The notes beneath the pieces are model-generated. The model did not search any database. It saw nothing but the letters and a program-made list of their open reading frames with translations, and was not told the DNA's origin. Shown piece by piece: positions 1-9,761 of a stretch of 64,000 nucleotides of DNA (within the stretch, counting starts at the first letter, position 1; each line of letters starts with the position of its first letter). Origin of the DNA: Caldisericota bacterium (GTDB lineage Bacteria; Caldisericota; Caldisericia; UBA6126; JAGPKI01); contig JBPOJC010000005.1 of assembly GCA_052034135.1 (NCBI GenBank), positions 76 to 64,075 of the forward strand. Direction: 5' to 3'. The translations under genes were made by a program, and so were the position numbers.

Positions 1-1
1 T

Positions 2-1030
2 ATTGATTCAATTGAAGGGTATGTTGGCAACTATAAAACAACCCTTAGCACAGGTGAAGCAATAGAACATGGTGTCGTTATTGTATCAACTGGTGCAATT
101 GAAAGCGAAATAAAATCTTTTATGTATGGAAAATCTGAAAGAATTATAACTCAAAGAGAATTCGAAGAAAAACTTTACAGAAATGAATTCACTGAACCTA
201 TGAATGTAGTAATGGTTCAGTGTGTGGAATCTCGAAACAAAGAACATCCATACTGTTCAAGAATATGCTGCCAGGAAGCTATTAAAAATGCTATAAAAAT
301 TAAGGAGAATTCTCCTCAAAGTGAGGTTTATATACTTTATAGAGACATAAGAACTTACGGTTTGAATGAACTTTATTACAAAAAAGCCCGTGAATTAGGC
401 ATTTTATTTATTAATTATGATGAAGATTGTTTACCAGAAGTTACTTTAGAAGGAGAAAATGTTTTTGTTTGTGTTAGAGATGTTCTTCTAAGAAGAGATT
501 TAGTGTTGAATCCTGATATTTTGGTCTTAAGTGCTGGAATTACTGCAGAACCAGGGAATGAAAGTTTATCAAAGTTTCTTAAAGTTCCACTAAATGAGGA
601 TAAATTCTTCTTAGAAGCTCATGTTAAACTTAGACCTGTTGAATTTGCAACTGATGGAGTATTCCTTTGCGGGCTTGCACATTCCCCTCTTACAATAGAA
701 GAAGCAATCGTTCAGGCAAGAGCTGCTGCTGGCAAAGCTTCAATAATTCTTTCAAAAGAAGGAATTGAAGCAGGAGGGAAAGTTGCAGAAGTGAACGAGA
801 GAAATTGTGTAGGGTGCGGAGTATGTGAGTCTGTATGTGCTTATGGGGCAGTTAAATTAGAAGAGAAAAAGATTTTTGGTGAAGTGAAAAGAGTATCATC
901 CGTGAACCCTTCGCTTTGTAAAGGTTGTGGAGCATGTGCAGGTGGATGTAGGTCTAATGCTATTGATATATCTGGATTCTCAAGTGAAGAGATAGTAGAT
1001 GCAATTGATGCTATTCTTGAACCAATCTAA
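2..1030 (+). CDS. HdrA-like heterodisulfide reductase subunit A, C-terminal part (5' end lies outside the window)
   Basis: The reading frame is open from position 2 with no upstream stop. Flavoprotein-like region followed by two CxxCxxCxxxC 4Fe-4S motifs (CVGCGVCESVC, CKGCGACAGGC). Immediately followed by an MvhD gene. Confidence 0.65.
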   Translation: MDSIEGYVGNYKTTLSTGEAIEHGVVIVSTGAIESEIKSFMYGKSERIITQREFEEKLYRNEFTEPMNVVMVQCVESRNKEHPYCSRICCQEAIKNAIKIKENSPQSEVYILYRDIRTYGLNELYYKKARELGILFINYDEDCLPEVTLEGENVFVCVRDVLLRRDLVLNPDILVLSAGITAEPGNESLSKFLKVPLNEDKFFLEAHVKLRPVEFATDGVFLCGLAHSPLTIEEAIVQARAAAGKASIILSKEGIEAGGKVAEVNERNCVGCGVCESVCAYGAVKLEEKKIFGEVKRVSSVNPSLCKGCGACAGGCRSNAIDISGFSSEEIVDAIDAILEPI

Positions 1031-1052
1031 GTGTGATGGATGGTGATGATTT

Positions 1053-1502
1053 ATGAATGAGTTTGAACCAAAGATTGTTAGTTTTTTATGTAACTGGTGC
1101 TCTTATGCAGGAGCGGACCTTGCAGGAGTTTCAAGGTTTCAATATCCGTCAACTATAAGAATTATAAGAATCCCTTGCTCTGGAAGAGTTAATCATCTTT
1201 TTATTATGAGAGCTCTTTATGACGGAGCAGATGGAGTTTTAATTTCTGGTTGTCACCCTGGAGATTGTCACTATCAGACGGGGAACTATTATGCTCGCAG
1301 AAGATTAGAAATATTTAAGAATTTGCTCTTCCTAACTGGAATACCCCAAAATCGATTAAAGCTTGCATGGGTTTCTGCAAGTGAAGGAGCTCAATTTTCT
1401 AAGCTTGTTACTGAAATTACTGATAATGTTAAAGAATTAGGGAAAAATAGGGAATTTAGAGCATTTAGAGAAGATATTGAGGAGTTCTGTAATGAACAAT
1501 GA
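1053..1502 (+). CDS. mvhD: MvhD-type hydrogenase iron-sulfur subunit (methyl-viologen-reducing hydrogenase delta subunit family)
   Basis: 149 aa. Conserved Cys pattern LCNWCSY...IPCSGRVN...ISGCHPGDCHY typical of MvhD. Partner of HdrA. Confidence 0.75.
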   Translation: MNEFEPKIVSFLCNWCSYAGADLAGVSRFQYPSTIRIIRIPCSGRVNHLFIMRALYDGADGVLISGCHPGDCHYQTGNYYARRRLEIFKNLLFLTGIPQNRLKLAWVSASEGAQFSKLVTEITDNVKELGKNREFRAFREDIEEFCNEQ

Positions 1503-2358
1503 TGAATTAATTACTGGAGAGATCAGAGAATTTGGTAGAAAAGCCTTTATTGAGGAAAATGTAGAAATTATTATTGGTTATGAAGCTTTGAGCGACAATA
1601 CTGTAAAGCCAGCAGTAATTTATGGTGAAAATGAAATTGATAAACTTACCTGGAATCAAACTGCATCGTTTAATCTTGCAACTCTTTTAAGGAAATTTAA
1701 AGGTAAAAAAACTGGAATAATTGCTAATGGTTGCATTGGAAGGTCATTAGTGGTCTTAATCAATGAAGGGCAAATAGAAAGAGAAAATTTAGTTATTATA
1801 GGTGTTCCCTGTCAGGGAATCCTTGACAAAAATAATGGAGAACTTTATGAAAATTGTATGAGCTGCAATCATCCTTCTCCTCCTGTTTTTGATTATATTG
1901 TACAAGTTGAGCCATTAAAAGCACAGGGGGATACATTGGGAGAAAGAATAAAAAAAATCGAAGCAATGAGTGAGAGCGAAAAACTCTCATATTTTAAAGA
2001 GCAGATGAATAAGTGTATTAGATGTTATGCTTGCAGGCAGGCATGCCCCATGTGTTATTGCGAGACCTGTTTTGTCGATATTAACTCTCCAAAATGGTTA
2101 TCTAAAGAAACAACGAACGAGGATAATACAATATGGAATATTACTCGAATTTATCATCTTGCTGGAAGATGTGTTGAATGTGGTGCATGCAGCATAGCTT
2201 GCCCGGAAGGGTTAGATCTTATGTACTTAATAGGGAAAATGAATAGAGATACAAAGAGATTATTTGGTTTTGAAGCAGGACTTAAAATTGGATTAAAGGG
2301 AAGTCTTGAGACATTTAACCCGAATGATCCTGATTTCTTCTGGAAAGGAGAATCATAA
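1492..2358 (+). CDS. FeS oxidoreductase subunit (FrhB/FdhB-like) with two 4Fe-4S motifs
   Basis: CIRCYACRQACPMC and CVECGACSIACPEG motifs. The likely start is ATG 1492 after GAGGAG at 1479-1484; the ORF track begins at TTG 1477. Confidence 0.45.
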   Translation: MNNDELITGEIREFGRKAFIEENVEIIIGYEALSDNTVKPAVIYGENEIDKLTWNQTASFNLATLLRKFKGKKTGIIANGCIGRSLVVLINEGQIERENLVIIGVPCQGILDKNNGELYENCMSCNHPSPPVFDYIVQVEPLKAQGDTLGERIKKIEAMSESEKLSYFKEQMNKCIRCYACRQACPMCYCETCFVDINSPKWLSKETTNEDNTIWNITRIYHLAGRCVECGACSIACPEGLDLMYLIGKMNRDTKRLFGFEAGLKIGLKGSLETFNPNDPDFFWKGES

Positions 2359-2364
2359 AAATAT

Positions 2365-3381
2365 ATGAAGCTCTTAAAGATAAAAAAAGATAGTTTTATT
2401 GAGGCTTTAAGAAATTTACAAAGTGAGTTTAAAATATATGTTCCAAAAAAAGAGGATGAAAATGTAGTTTTTGGTGAGATTGGCGATATCAAAGATATTG
2501 ATTTCAGGTTTGAGAGAGTCTCTCGTCCCATAAAGGAATTTGTCTTACCTCAAAATGAAACTTTATTCTACTTTTTAAAGGATGGGTCAAAAGAGAAAGA
2601 ATCTTTTGATACATCAAAAAGAATTCTTTTGGGTGTAAAGCCATGTGATGCAAAAACTTTGAAGTTATTGGATTTTAATTTTTTAGATTGCTCTTATATT
2701 GATCCATATTATGAAAAAAGGAGAAAAAATACTTTTGTTATATCCATAGCTTGCAGTGAATTTGGAGAAAATTGCTTTTGTGACGCATTAGGGGATAATC
2801 CTTATAAGCTTAATGGAGCTGATGCTATTATTTATACTATTTCTAATGAGGAGCTGAATTTATTGATAGATAACGATGTGATTTTCTCTTTCTTTAAAGA
2901 TTATTGTAACAGAATGGAAGAAGTGAATAACGAAGAAGAAGTTAGTGAAAAAGGTAAAGTAGCAGAAAGAGCCACTAAAGCTCTACCTGTAAAAGAACTT
3001 AAAGAAAAACTTCCAAGTGTAATAGGGAGTACTGATTTGTGGAAGAAAATATCAGCTACCTGCATAGAGTGTGGGGTTTGCACTTATCTATGCCCTGCAT
3101 GCTATTGTTTTGATATAAATGATATTACTTTTGGTAAAGGTGGTAAAAGATTCAGAAGCTACGATAGTTGCATGTTTAAAGAGTACACTTTGGAAGCAAG
3201 TGGGCATAACCCAAGACCAACAGGTGCTGAAAGATGGAGGCAGAGATTATTACACAAATTTCTTTACTATCCAGATCTTTACAATGAATTAGGATGTAGC
3301 GGATGCGGACGATGCATAGATAAATGTCCTTCAAAAATAGATATAAGGGAGGTTATTAATTATGCCTTCAATTATAAATGA
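2365..3381 (+). CDS. 4Fe-4S dicluster oxidoreductase subunit (AsrA/HydB-like)
   Basis: CIECGVCTYLCPACYC and CSGCGRCIDKCP motifs. Followed by an FAD/2Fe-2S partner gene. Confidence 0.45.
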   Translation: MKLLKIKKDSFIEALRNLQSEFKIYVPKKEDENVVFGEIGDIKDIDFRFERVSRPIKEFVLPQNETLFYFLKDGSKEKESFDTSKRILLGVKPCDAKTLKLLDFNFLDCSYIDPYYEKRRKNTFVISIACSEFGENCFCDALGDNPYKLNGADAIIYTISNEELNLLIDNDVIFSFFKDYCNRMEEVNNEEEVSEKGKVAERATKALPVKELKEKLPSVIGSTDLWKKISATCIECGVCTYLCPACYCFDINDITFGKGGKRFRSYDSCMFKEYTLEASGHNPRPTGAERWRQRLLHKFLYYPDLYNELGCSGCGRCIDKCPSKIDIREVINYAFNYK

Positions 3382-4210
3382 TAATCCTTACTTACCGGTT
3401 CCAGCAAAAGTCGAATCTACCTATTTTGAGAGCGATGATAGAACTCTCAAGACATTGACTTTTTCTTTTCTTGATACATCTTTGAGAGAAAAGTTTAACT
3501 TTCTCCCAGGCCAATTTATTGAACTTTCTATACTCGGCAAAGGAGAAAGTCCATTTGGAATTGCATCAAATCCAAATGAGGAGCTGATAAAAATAACAGT
3601 AAATCGAACTGGCTACGTGACAAAAGCTATTCACAATCTTTCTAAAGGGGATATAGTTGGAATTAGGGGACCGCTTGGAAATTGGTTCCCTATTTCTAAA
3701 TTTGTTGGATCAAACTTGGCTATAATATCTGGTGGTTTTGCATTTACTACGCTTGCATCTTTAACAGATTATCTCCTCGAAAATTATTCAGACAAATTAG
3801 GTAAAATTTATCTAATATATGGAGCAAGGAATCCTGGTATGCTTCTTTACAGGGATAAACTTAAAGAGTGGAGCAATAATCCGAGACTCGAAACATATAT
3901 AACTATTGATAATAAAGTTAATGGTTGGGATGGACTTACTGGATTTGTTCCAGATATTGTTGAAAAGACTGATATTGATATTCAGAATACTTACACTGTG
4001 ATATGTGGTCCGCCAATTATGATTAAGTTAACTATTCCTAAACTTCTTAATAAAGGCATAAGAAAAGACTATATTTATACTTCTTTAGAGCGCAGGATGA
4101 AGTGTGGAATAGGAAAATGCGGGAGATGCAATATAGGAAAAAATTTTGTCTGTAAAGATGGACCAGTTTTTAACTATGCAGACTTAGAAGGCTTACCTGA
4201 GGAGTATTAA
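3362..4210 (+). CDS. FAD/NAD(P)-binding oxidoreductase subunit with C-terminal 2Fe-2S cluster (AsrB/HydG/PyrK-like)
   Basis: Ferredoxin-NADP-reductase-like fold signatures. C-terminal motif CGIGKCGRCNIG...C typical of the PyrK/HydG family. Confidence 0.55.
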   Translation: MPSIINDNPYLPVPAKVESTYFESDDRTLKTLTFSFLDTSLREKFNFLPGQFIELSILGKGESPFGIASNPNEELIKITVNRTGYVTKAIHNLSKGDIVGIRGPLGNWFPISKFVGSNLAIISGGFAFTTLASLTDYLLENYSDKLGKIYLIYGARNPGMLLYRDKLKEWSNNPRLETYITIDNKVNGWDGLTGFVPDIVEKTDIDIQNTYTVICGPPIMIKLTIPKLLNKGIRKDYIYTSLERRMKCGIGKCGRCNIGKNFVCKDGPVFNYADLEGLPEEY

Positions 4211-4222
4211 AGGAGTTAAAAA

Positions 4223-4951
4223 ATGTTAAAGATTGAAAATTTATCAGTGAGTGTAGAAGATAAACTAATTCTTAAAAATGTTAACTTGGAAATTGGTGAG
4301 GGTGAAACTCATATTCTATTAGGTCCTAACGGTGGGGGGAAAACAACTTTACTTCTTACAATTATGGGACTTCCTAAATATAAGGTTTTAAACGGAAGAA
4401 TAATTTTTAGAGGTACTGATATAACAAATATGTCAATTGATAATCGGTCTAAATTAGGAATTGGATTAATGTTTCAGAAACCTCCGAGAGTAACAGGAGT
4501 TAAACTTTTACAAATTTGCGAATTGGCAAGCAATAAAAAATTAAAACCTCTTGAAATAGAAAAATTCTCAGAAAAACTTAATCTTAGAGAACATCTAAAT
4601 AGAGATATAAATGATGGTTTTTCAGGTGGGGAAATGAAACGATCTGAGCTTTTGCAGATATTATGTCAGAATCCAAGTCTTGTACTTCTTGATGAACCAG
4701 AATCTGGTGTTGACCTTGATAATCTTTCTATTGTTGGCGAATTAATAAATGAGCTTCTTGAAAAGGATAAAGTAAAAGGGAGAATACGCTCTGGGCTTAT
4801 TGTAACACATCTGGGGTATATACTTAACTTTGTCAATTCAGATAAGGGACACGTACTAATGGATGGTGAAATTATCTGTAGTGGAAATCCAAGAGACCTA
4901 TTTGAAGAAATTAAAAAGCATGGGTTTGAAAGGTGTAAAGAATGCAACTAA
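4223..4951 (+). CDS. sufC: Fe-S cluster assembly ATPase SufC
   Basis: Walker A GPNGGGKTT, ABC signature FSGGEMKR, Walker B LLDEPESG. Adjacent to a SufB/D gene. RBS AGGAG upstream. Confidence 0.85.
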   Translation: MLKIENLSVSVEDKLILKNVNLEIGEGETHILLGPNGGGKTTLLLTIMGLPKYKVLNGRIIFRGTDITNMSIDNRSKLGIGLMFQKPPRVTGVKLLQICELASNKKLKPLEIEKFSEKLNLREHLNRDINDGFSGGEMKRSELLQILCQNPSLVLLDEPESGVDLDNLSIVGELINELLEKDKVKGRIRSGLIVTHLGYILNFVNSDKGHVLMDGEIICSGNPRDLFEEIKKHGFERCKECN

Positions 4952-6189
4952 AAGAGATTATGGAAGAATTTAAAGAAAAGGCAAAAAGAGCAGAAAATAA
5001 AGCTGCCCTATATGGAGAAGATATAGATTTAAAAAAATATTCATTACCCCCAGAAGAAGAAAATATTTCTTCTCTATCCTCTCTTCCCGATGATCTACAG
5101 GAAATTGCAAAATCATCAGGAATAGATATTGGGGAAAAAGAAAGATCCGGAAGTTACATCCAGCTTGATCAATCTGCAATTTATAGCAGAGTTAATGAAA
5201 TTTACAAAGGACAACTCGAAATAACAAGTATAAATGATGCGCTTTTAAAGTATCCTGAGATTGCTAATGAATATCTATGGAAAACTATTCCCGTTGATCA
5301 GGATAAATATACAGCATTTTCTGAGCTTTATTCAAAGAACGGTTACTTTATAAGGGTATTTAAAGGGCAACATGTTGAAATACCTATTCAGGCGTGTCTT
5401 TTACTTAAAGAAAATTCTTCTGTTCAGAATGTTCACAATATAATAATAATGGAAGAGGGATCAAGTGCACAGATAATTACTGGATGTGCTGTTCACCCAA
5501 AAGTTGATGATGGTATTCACATAGGCATATCTGAATTTTTTATTAAAGATGGAGCAATGCTTACTTTTACAATGATACATAATTGGAGTGAAAATTTTCA
5601 TGTAAGACCAAGATCAGGAGCAATTATAGAAGATAATGGCAAGTTTATAAATAATTATGTACTATTAAAACCCGTTAAAAGCGTCCAAATGTTCCCAGTT
5701 GCCACACTTAAGGGTAATGATTCTCATGCAAAGTTTAATTCATTGATGTATGGACTTAAAAATTCAAAGATTGATGTTGGATCAAAGATAGTTCTTTCTG
5801 GAAACAATTCTTCTGGGGAAGCTATTTCAAGAGCAATAGCTAAGGATTCATCTATTATTAACGCAAGAGGAACTCTCGTTTCAGTTAATAATAGTACACG
5901 AGCTCATCTTGACTGCAGGGGAATACTTCTTTCGGAGAATGCAAAAATTTATGCAGTGCCAGAGCTTTTAGCAGATGGTACACCAAAAGCTGATCTTTCA
6001 CATGAAGCAGCAATAGGACCAATTTCAGATGAAGTGGTTGAATACCTTATGAGCAGAGGTATATCTAAAGATGATGCAGTATCACTTATAACCTCTGGTT
6101 TTATGGATGTAAAAATATTAGGCTTACCAGAACAACTTGAGAATTATATAAATGAACTGGTTAAACTAACAGCAAAAGAGTCTTTATAA
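4942..6189 (+). CDS. sufB: Fe-S cluster assembly protein SufB/SufD family
   Basis: 415 aa with beta-helix-like repeats typical of SufBD. Overlaps the sufC stop codon. Confidence 0.75.
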   Translation: MQLKEIMEEFKEKAKRAENKAALYGEDIDLKKYSLPPEEENISSLSSLPDDLQEIAKSSGIDIGEKERSGSYIQLDQSAIYSRVNEIYKGQLEITSINDALLKYPEIANEYLWKTIPVDQDKYTAFSELYSKNGYFIRVFKGQHVEIPIQACLLLKENSSVQNVHNIIIMEEGSSAQIITGCAVHPKVDDGIHIGISEFFIKDGAMLTFTMIHNWSENFHVRPRSGAIIEDNGKFINNYVLLKPVKSVQMFPVATLKGNDSHAKFNSLMYGLKNSKIDVGSKIVLSGNNSSGEAISRAIAKDSSIINARGTLVSVNNSTRAHLDCRGILLSENAKIYAVPELLADGTPKADLSHEAAIGPISDEVVEYLMSRGISKDDAVSLITSGFMDVKILGLPEQLENYINELVKLTAKESL

Positions 6190-6888
6190 AAGAGAATTTT
6201 ATTATATTGGTTTACTAATAGTTAGTCTTTTTCGTTAATCAAGAAATGTTACTCTATCAACTTATTATCTAAATGAAGAAGTATTCTTCCATAATAATTT
6301 CAGATTATACAAGCTAAAAAGTAGCGAGAATTAAATTTAGAGTTCATAGTGCCAGCTATAACCTTATTATACAATTTCTGAAATATTACTTATTTGAATT
6401 GATGATGGAATCAATAAGGATATTAATCCTTTCAACGTCAAGATATTTATGAAAATACTTTAATTTTTAAAATGCTTCAGTAAGCGATAGAGGCTCTTTC
6501 TAAAGATAATGTAATGTGTTTGGTAATTATATTAAGAAATTTGGTACAAGCATAAAGCTAAAAAAGCTGAAAAGTGTGACCTTTTTCTAACGCCATCAGG
6601 AATTGTCACTTATATTGATTACTAATTAAGCAGAAAAACATTTAATGTAGCGCAGACACATTCCTGTCTGTTCCTTTTAATGCAACTGGCTTAATGCTAT
6701 TAAACGCAAATAAGGAGATCCTTCAGTCGCTGAGATGATGCTTCTTCAGGAAGACGGTGAGTTGTTAGAGATCATTCGGTCGTTGTGAAGACACTTCCTC
6801 TATTTTTTTCTTTCTGAGCGTAAGCGAAGAATCTCCTCATTTAATCTTTTCGTTATTCTTGTAGCGGTGGACATACCTTTATGCCACT

Positions 6889-6962
6889 GTCATCCCCGAA
6901 ATCTTTTATCGGGGATCCAGTAGAGAAGCCGTCATCCCCGAATGTATTTATCGTGGATCCAG
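6889..6962. repeat. Two copies of a 32-bp palindromic element gtcatccccgaNNNNNttatcgGggatccag separated by 10 bp
   Basis: Stem atccccga/tcggggat (8 bp) with a variable 10-nt loop. A third copy lies at 7400-7431 and a reverse-orientation copy at 63906-63936. Confidence 0.75.
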
Positions 6963-7092
6963 ACCAATTTTTAACATTTTTTGTATTTAGGAGTGACAAA
7001 ATTGTCATTTTTACCTCACTTATATATATGGAGAGTTTATTTTTACACATTTTGCATGAGGTAGAAATATGGAACCATCCTTGGTATCCTGG

Positions 7093-7204
7093 ATTCCCGC
7101 TTCCGCGGGAATGACAAGAAGAAAATGCGGGAATGACAAGAAAATCATAGGAATGACAAGAAGAAAATGCGGGAATGACAAGAAAATCATAGGAATGACA
7201 CATT
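7093..7204. repeat. Perfect 8-bp-stem palindrome (attcccgc-ttcc-gcgggaat) followed by five tandem 20-22-bp units (gcgggaatgacaagaagaaaat / gcgggaatgacaagaaaatcat)
   Basis: Read directly from the sequence. Units at 7105-7126, 7127-7148, 7149-7168, 7169-7190 and 7191-7204 (partial). Confidence 0.8.
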
Positions 7205-8370
7205 AGGAGACCCTTCGTCGCTTTTAGAGATGCTCCTCAGGGTGATGGGGGGGGGCAGCCATCCCTTGCTCCTCCCGTCCTTCCGAAGTGCGGTATTTTC
7301 GCACAAGTCCTTAGGAATCTCAACACCCCCACACCGTCATTCTGAGCGAAGCGAAGAATCTCCTCTTTGTCTTTTGTCATCCTCGAATTACATACAATTG
7401 TCATCCCCGAACTCATTTATCGGGGATCCAGACCAATTTTTCTTATATTACAAACATTCTTGTCTGTTTATTGTAATTTCCGAATATATCTGTAAGGATA
7501 CAGAGAAGCGGAGACCCTTACGAAGCTAAATACAGATATGCCTCCTCAGGATGACTCCCAACAATACATTCCGAAGTGCGGTATTTTCGCACAAGTCCTT
7601 AGGAATCGTCTTATTTTTTTTCTGTTAATCAGAAGTCGCATCTTTTAGTGGTTGCAACAAGGTATCTATATATCTATTTTCGATATGGAGTAAAAGAAAT
7701 CTTACACACTTAACTAATTCTTTATAGAATTTTAGGATTTTCTGATGAAGATAACAAAAACATTAGAGGAAAGCAAAAGAAGCAAAACCTTTTAATTAAA
7801 TAAAGTAATTATTAAAGGCATTATAATGTCTGTAAAGCATCCTTTATAGACATACATAAATTATTATAATTTTCGAGATAAATTAAGGAGTTATTTTAGA
7901 ATAAGGCTCATAGAAAGCCTCTACTCTTTCACCTTTCCTTGTTAGAAAAGAGAGCATTCTTGTAATAATATAAGCTCTAATCATTGCTTTAATATCAGAT
8001 ATAATAAAATCCTTCTTTCTTATATTTTATTAAGCAAAGAAATAACTCTTAATTGTTATCTTTCTATTTGAGACTCATTACTATTTCTATTTTTTATCTC
8101 ATATGGTTTAATTATTTTATGAGTTTATAAAATTGAATATGTTTTTGATAAATAAATTAAAGCCTGTTGATATTCTTTTGATTAGCAGGAATATTTATGT
8201 TTAGGCAAAGGTTTATTCTTGCATATTTGAAGCTTTTATTGAAATCTTCATTCTTATATATCTTTTGATTGTTTTGAGTAAAAAATTATGAAGTAACTCA
8301 TAGAAATATGGGAGGTTTTTATAAATTATTTTTTATATTGTTAAAATTTTAATATAGGAGGAATAAGTTT

Positions 8371-8604
8371 ATGAAGATAGGAAAAACAATCAAGTTTTTT
8401 GGCATTCTTTATTTTATTAGTGGTATTATATTAGGTATTGCCTTTGGTCTTTTTCTATCAATAAATATAAAATTATCGTATAGCCCTTTATTTTTTGTTG
8501 TTTTCTGTAGTTTCTTAATTGCATCATCATTTCTCAATGCTATTAATGGTATTTTTTTTGGAAATGAAATACAGAAATTCTTAAATTCATTAAAAAATGA
8601 TTGA
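8371..8604 (+). CDS. Hypothetical small membrane protein (two predicted TM helices)
   Basis: 77-aa hydrophobic ORF. Strong RBS AGGAGG eight nt upstream. Confidence 0.3.
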   Translation: MKIGKTIKFFGILYFISGIILGIAFGLFLSINIKLSYSPLFFVVFCSFLIASSFLNAINGIFFGNEIQKFLNSLKND

Positions 8605-9248
8605 AGCTATCAAATTTGATGATAGTGGTTCCTGATAATCCTACCAACAAAGTTCCAGGAACTCTAATAATTTCTTCAGAAGGCATAAAATTGTAACTGA
8701 AAAACTTCTTTTAACTGGATTCTCCTTTATAATCCTTTACGTATTCCTTACTATGTTACTTTCTGAATATAAATTTGCTATTAAAACTAAACCAATCAAT
8801 ATCACTAATTAATGGCAGTTAGCTATAAATGTTAAAAATTTCAGTAATTTGGCAAAACTGATTTAAATGAAAGAGCTATTGCAAAAGTCAAGCCATAAGC
8901 CAATTAATTCTTTTTAGTAAAACCATCCGTAAATTATGCCTAAATTTATAAATACTTTATATTAATAAGGTTTAATCTTAACGTTGGACTTTAGCCATTC
9001 AGAATTTTATAGTATATAGATAAAAAACAAAATTTGTTTATTCCGACGAATAGGTGTTAATCCTTAAGTTTTTTTCAGAGCAGTAAGTTTTTATGAAAAA
9101 CTTTTTAGAGGGTCAGATTTTGACACTCAAAAGAATATAATTTATAAAATCTTTTAGAAAAAAGGAGGTATTTTAAATCTCTGAGAAAGTAAAGATTTAC
9201 AAATCGATTTATCCTGTAGAAGAGGTATCAGACAAAGAAAGAGAAGAG

Positions 9249-9473
9249 ATGGTTGACTATTTAATAAAGAAAATTCCACGAGATATATTCGAGAAAGTTT
9301 ATGAAGCAATCAAGAAGGATGGAGAACATTGGTATATAGCGCATCATTTCGGCTTTGGAATGAGTGTAAGAAACCTTTTGAGGGGGAAATTTGACTGGAG
9401 AGATGATACTACGCTTGATAATAGCTGGCAAATTCTTGTTAAAGAAGCAGTAAATAAACTTTTTGAATCGTAA
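9249..9473 (+). CDS. Hypothetical protein
   Basis: 74-aa ORF with no recognisable motif. Lies upstream of the cas-like island. Confidence 0.25.
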   Translation: MVDYLIKKIPRDIFEKVYEAIKKDGEHWYIAHHFGFGMSVRNLLRGKFDWRDDTTLDNSWQILVKEAVNKLFES

Positions 9474-9554
9474 ATGCATAAACTAATCGAAAATGTGAGA
9501 ATTGATTTGACAAAATATATCTTAGAGTTACAACATTATACGGAGATGTAAAAT

Positions 9555-9761
9555 ATGGCTGAAAGTAACAAGTATGAGAACAGTAAATTTGTAGAGATAT
9601 TTTGGCATCAGAAATACGATAGAATAGAATTGGATGAAAAGATGCCCATCGAAAAGCTAAATCTTCCATTTCAGACCATTGAGACAATAAACAAGCCCAC
9701 AATAAAAGACCTTGAAGTCAGACTCCACCTAAAGAAAAACTCGATAGCAGATTATAAATAA
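9555..9761 (+). CDS. Hypothetical protein
   Basis: 68-aa ORF with GGAG about 10 nt upstream. Confidence 0.25.
   Translation: MAESNKYENSKFVEIFWHQKYDRIELDEKMPIEKLNLPFQTIETINKPTIKDLEVRLHLKKNSIADYK

Larger units (their letters stand above)
6700..7620. repeat. Gene-free block packed with several families of short hairpin-containing dispersed or tandem repeats (not CRISPR)
   Basis: Contains repeated modules ggagaYccttcRtcgct...ctcctcagggtga, cgtcattctgagcgaagcgaagaatctcctc and ccgaagtgcggtattttcgcacaagtccttaggaatc (two copies each), plus three 32-bp palindromic elements. Confidence 0.7.

Noticed and set aside
6889-7431. Possible CRISPR array made of the 32-bp gtcatccccga...tcggggatccag repeats next to the cas-like island
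   Set aside because: Only three copies, spaced 10 bp and then about 440 bp apart. Each copy is itself a palindrome with a variable internal loop. An inverted copy occurs 56 kb away. The intervening DNA consists of other repeat modules, not unique spacers.
6853-7529. ORFs 6853-7203 (-), 6881-7114 (+) and 7230-7529 (+) from the six-frame track
   Set aside because: They lie wholly inside the repeat block. Their amino-acid repeats (for example CHSYDFLVIPAFSS twice) are translations of the DNA repeats. There is no RBS and their composition is atypical.
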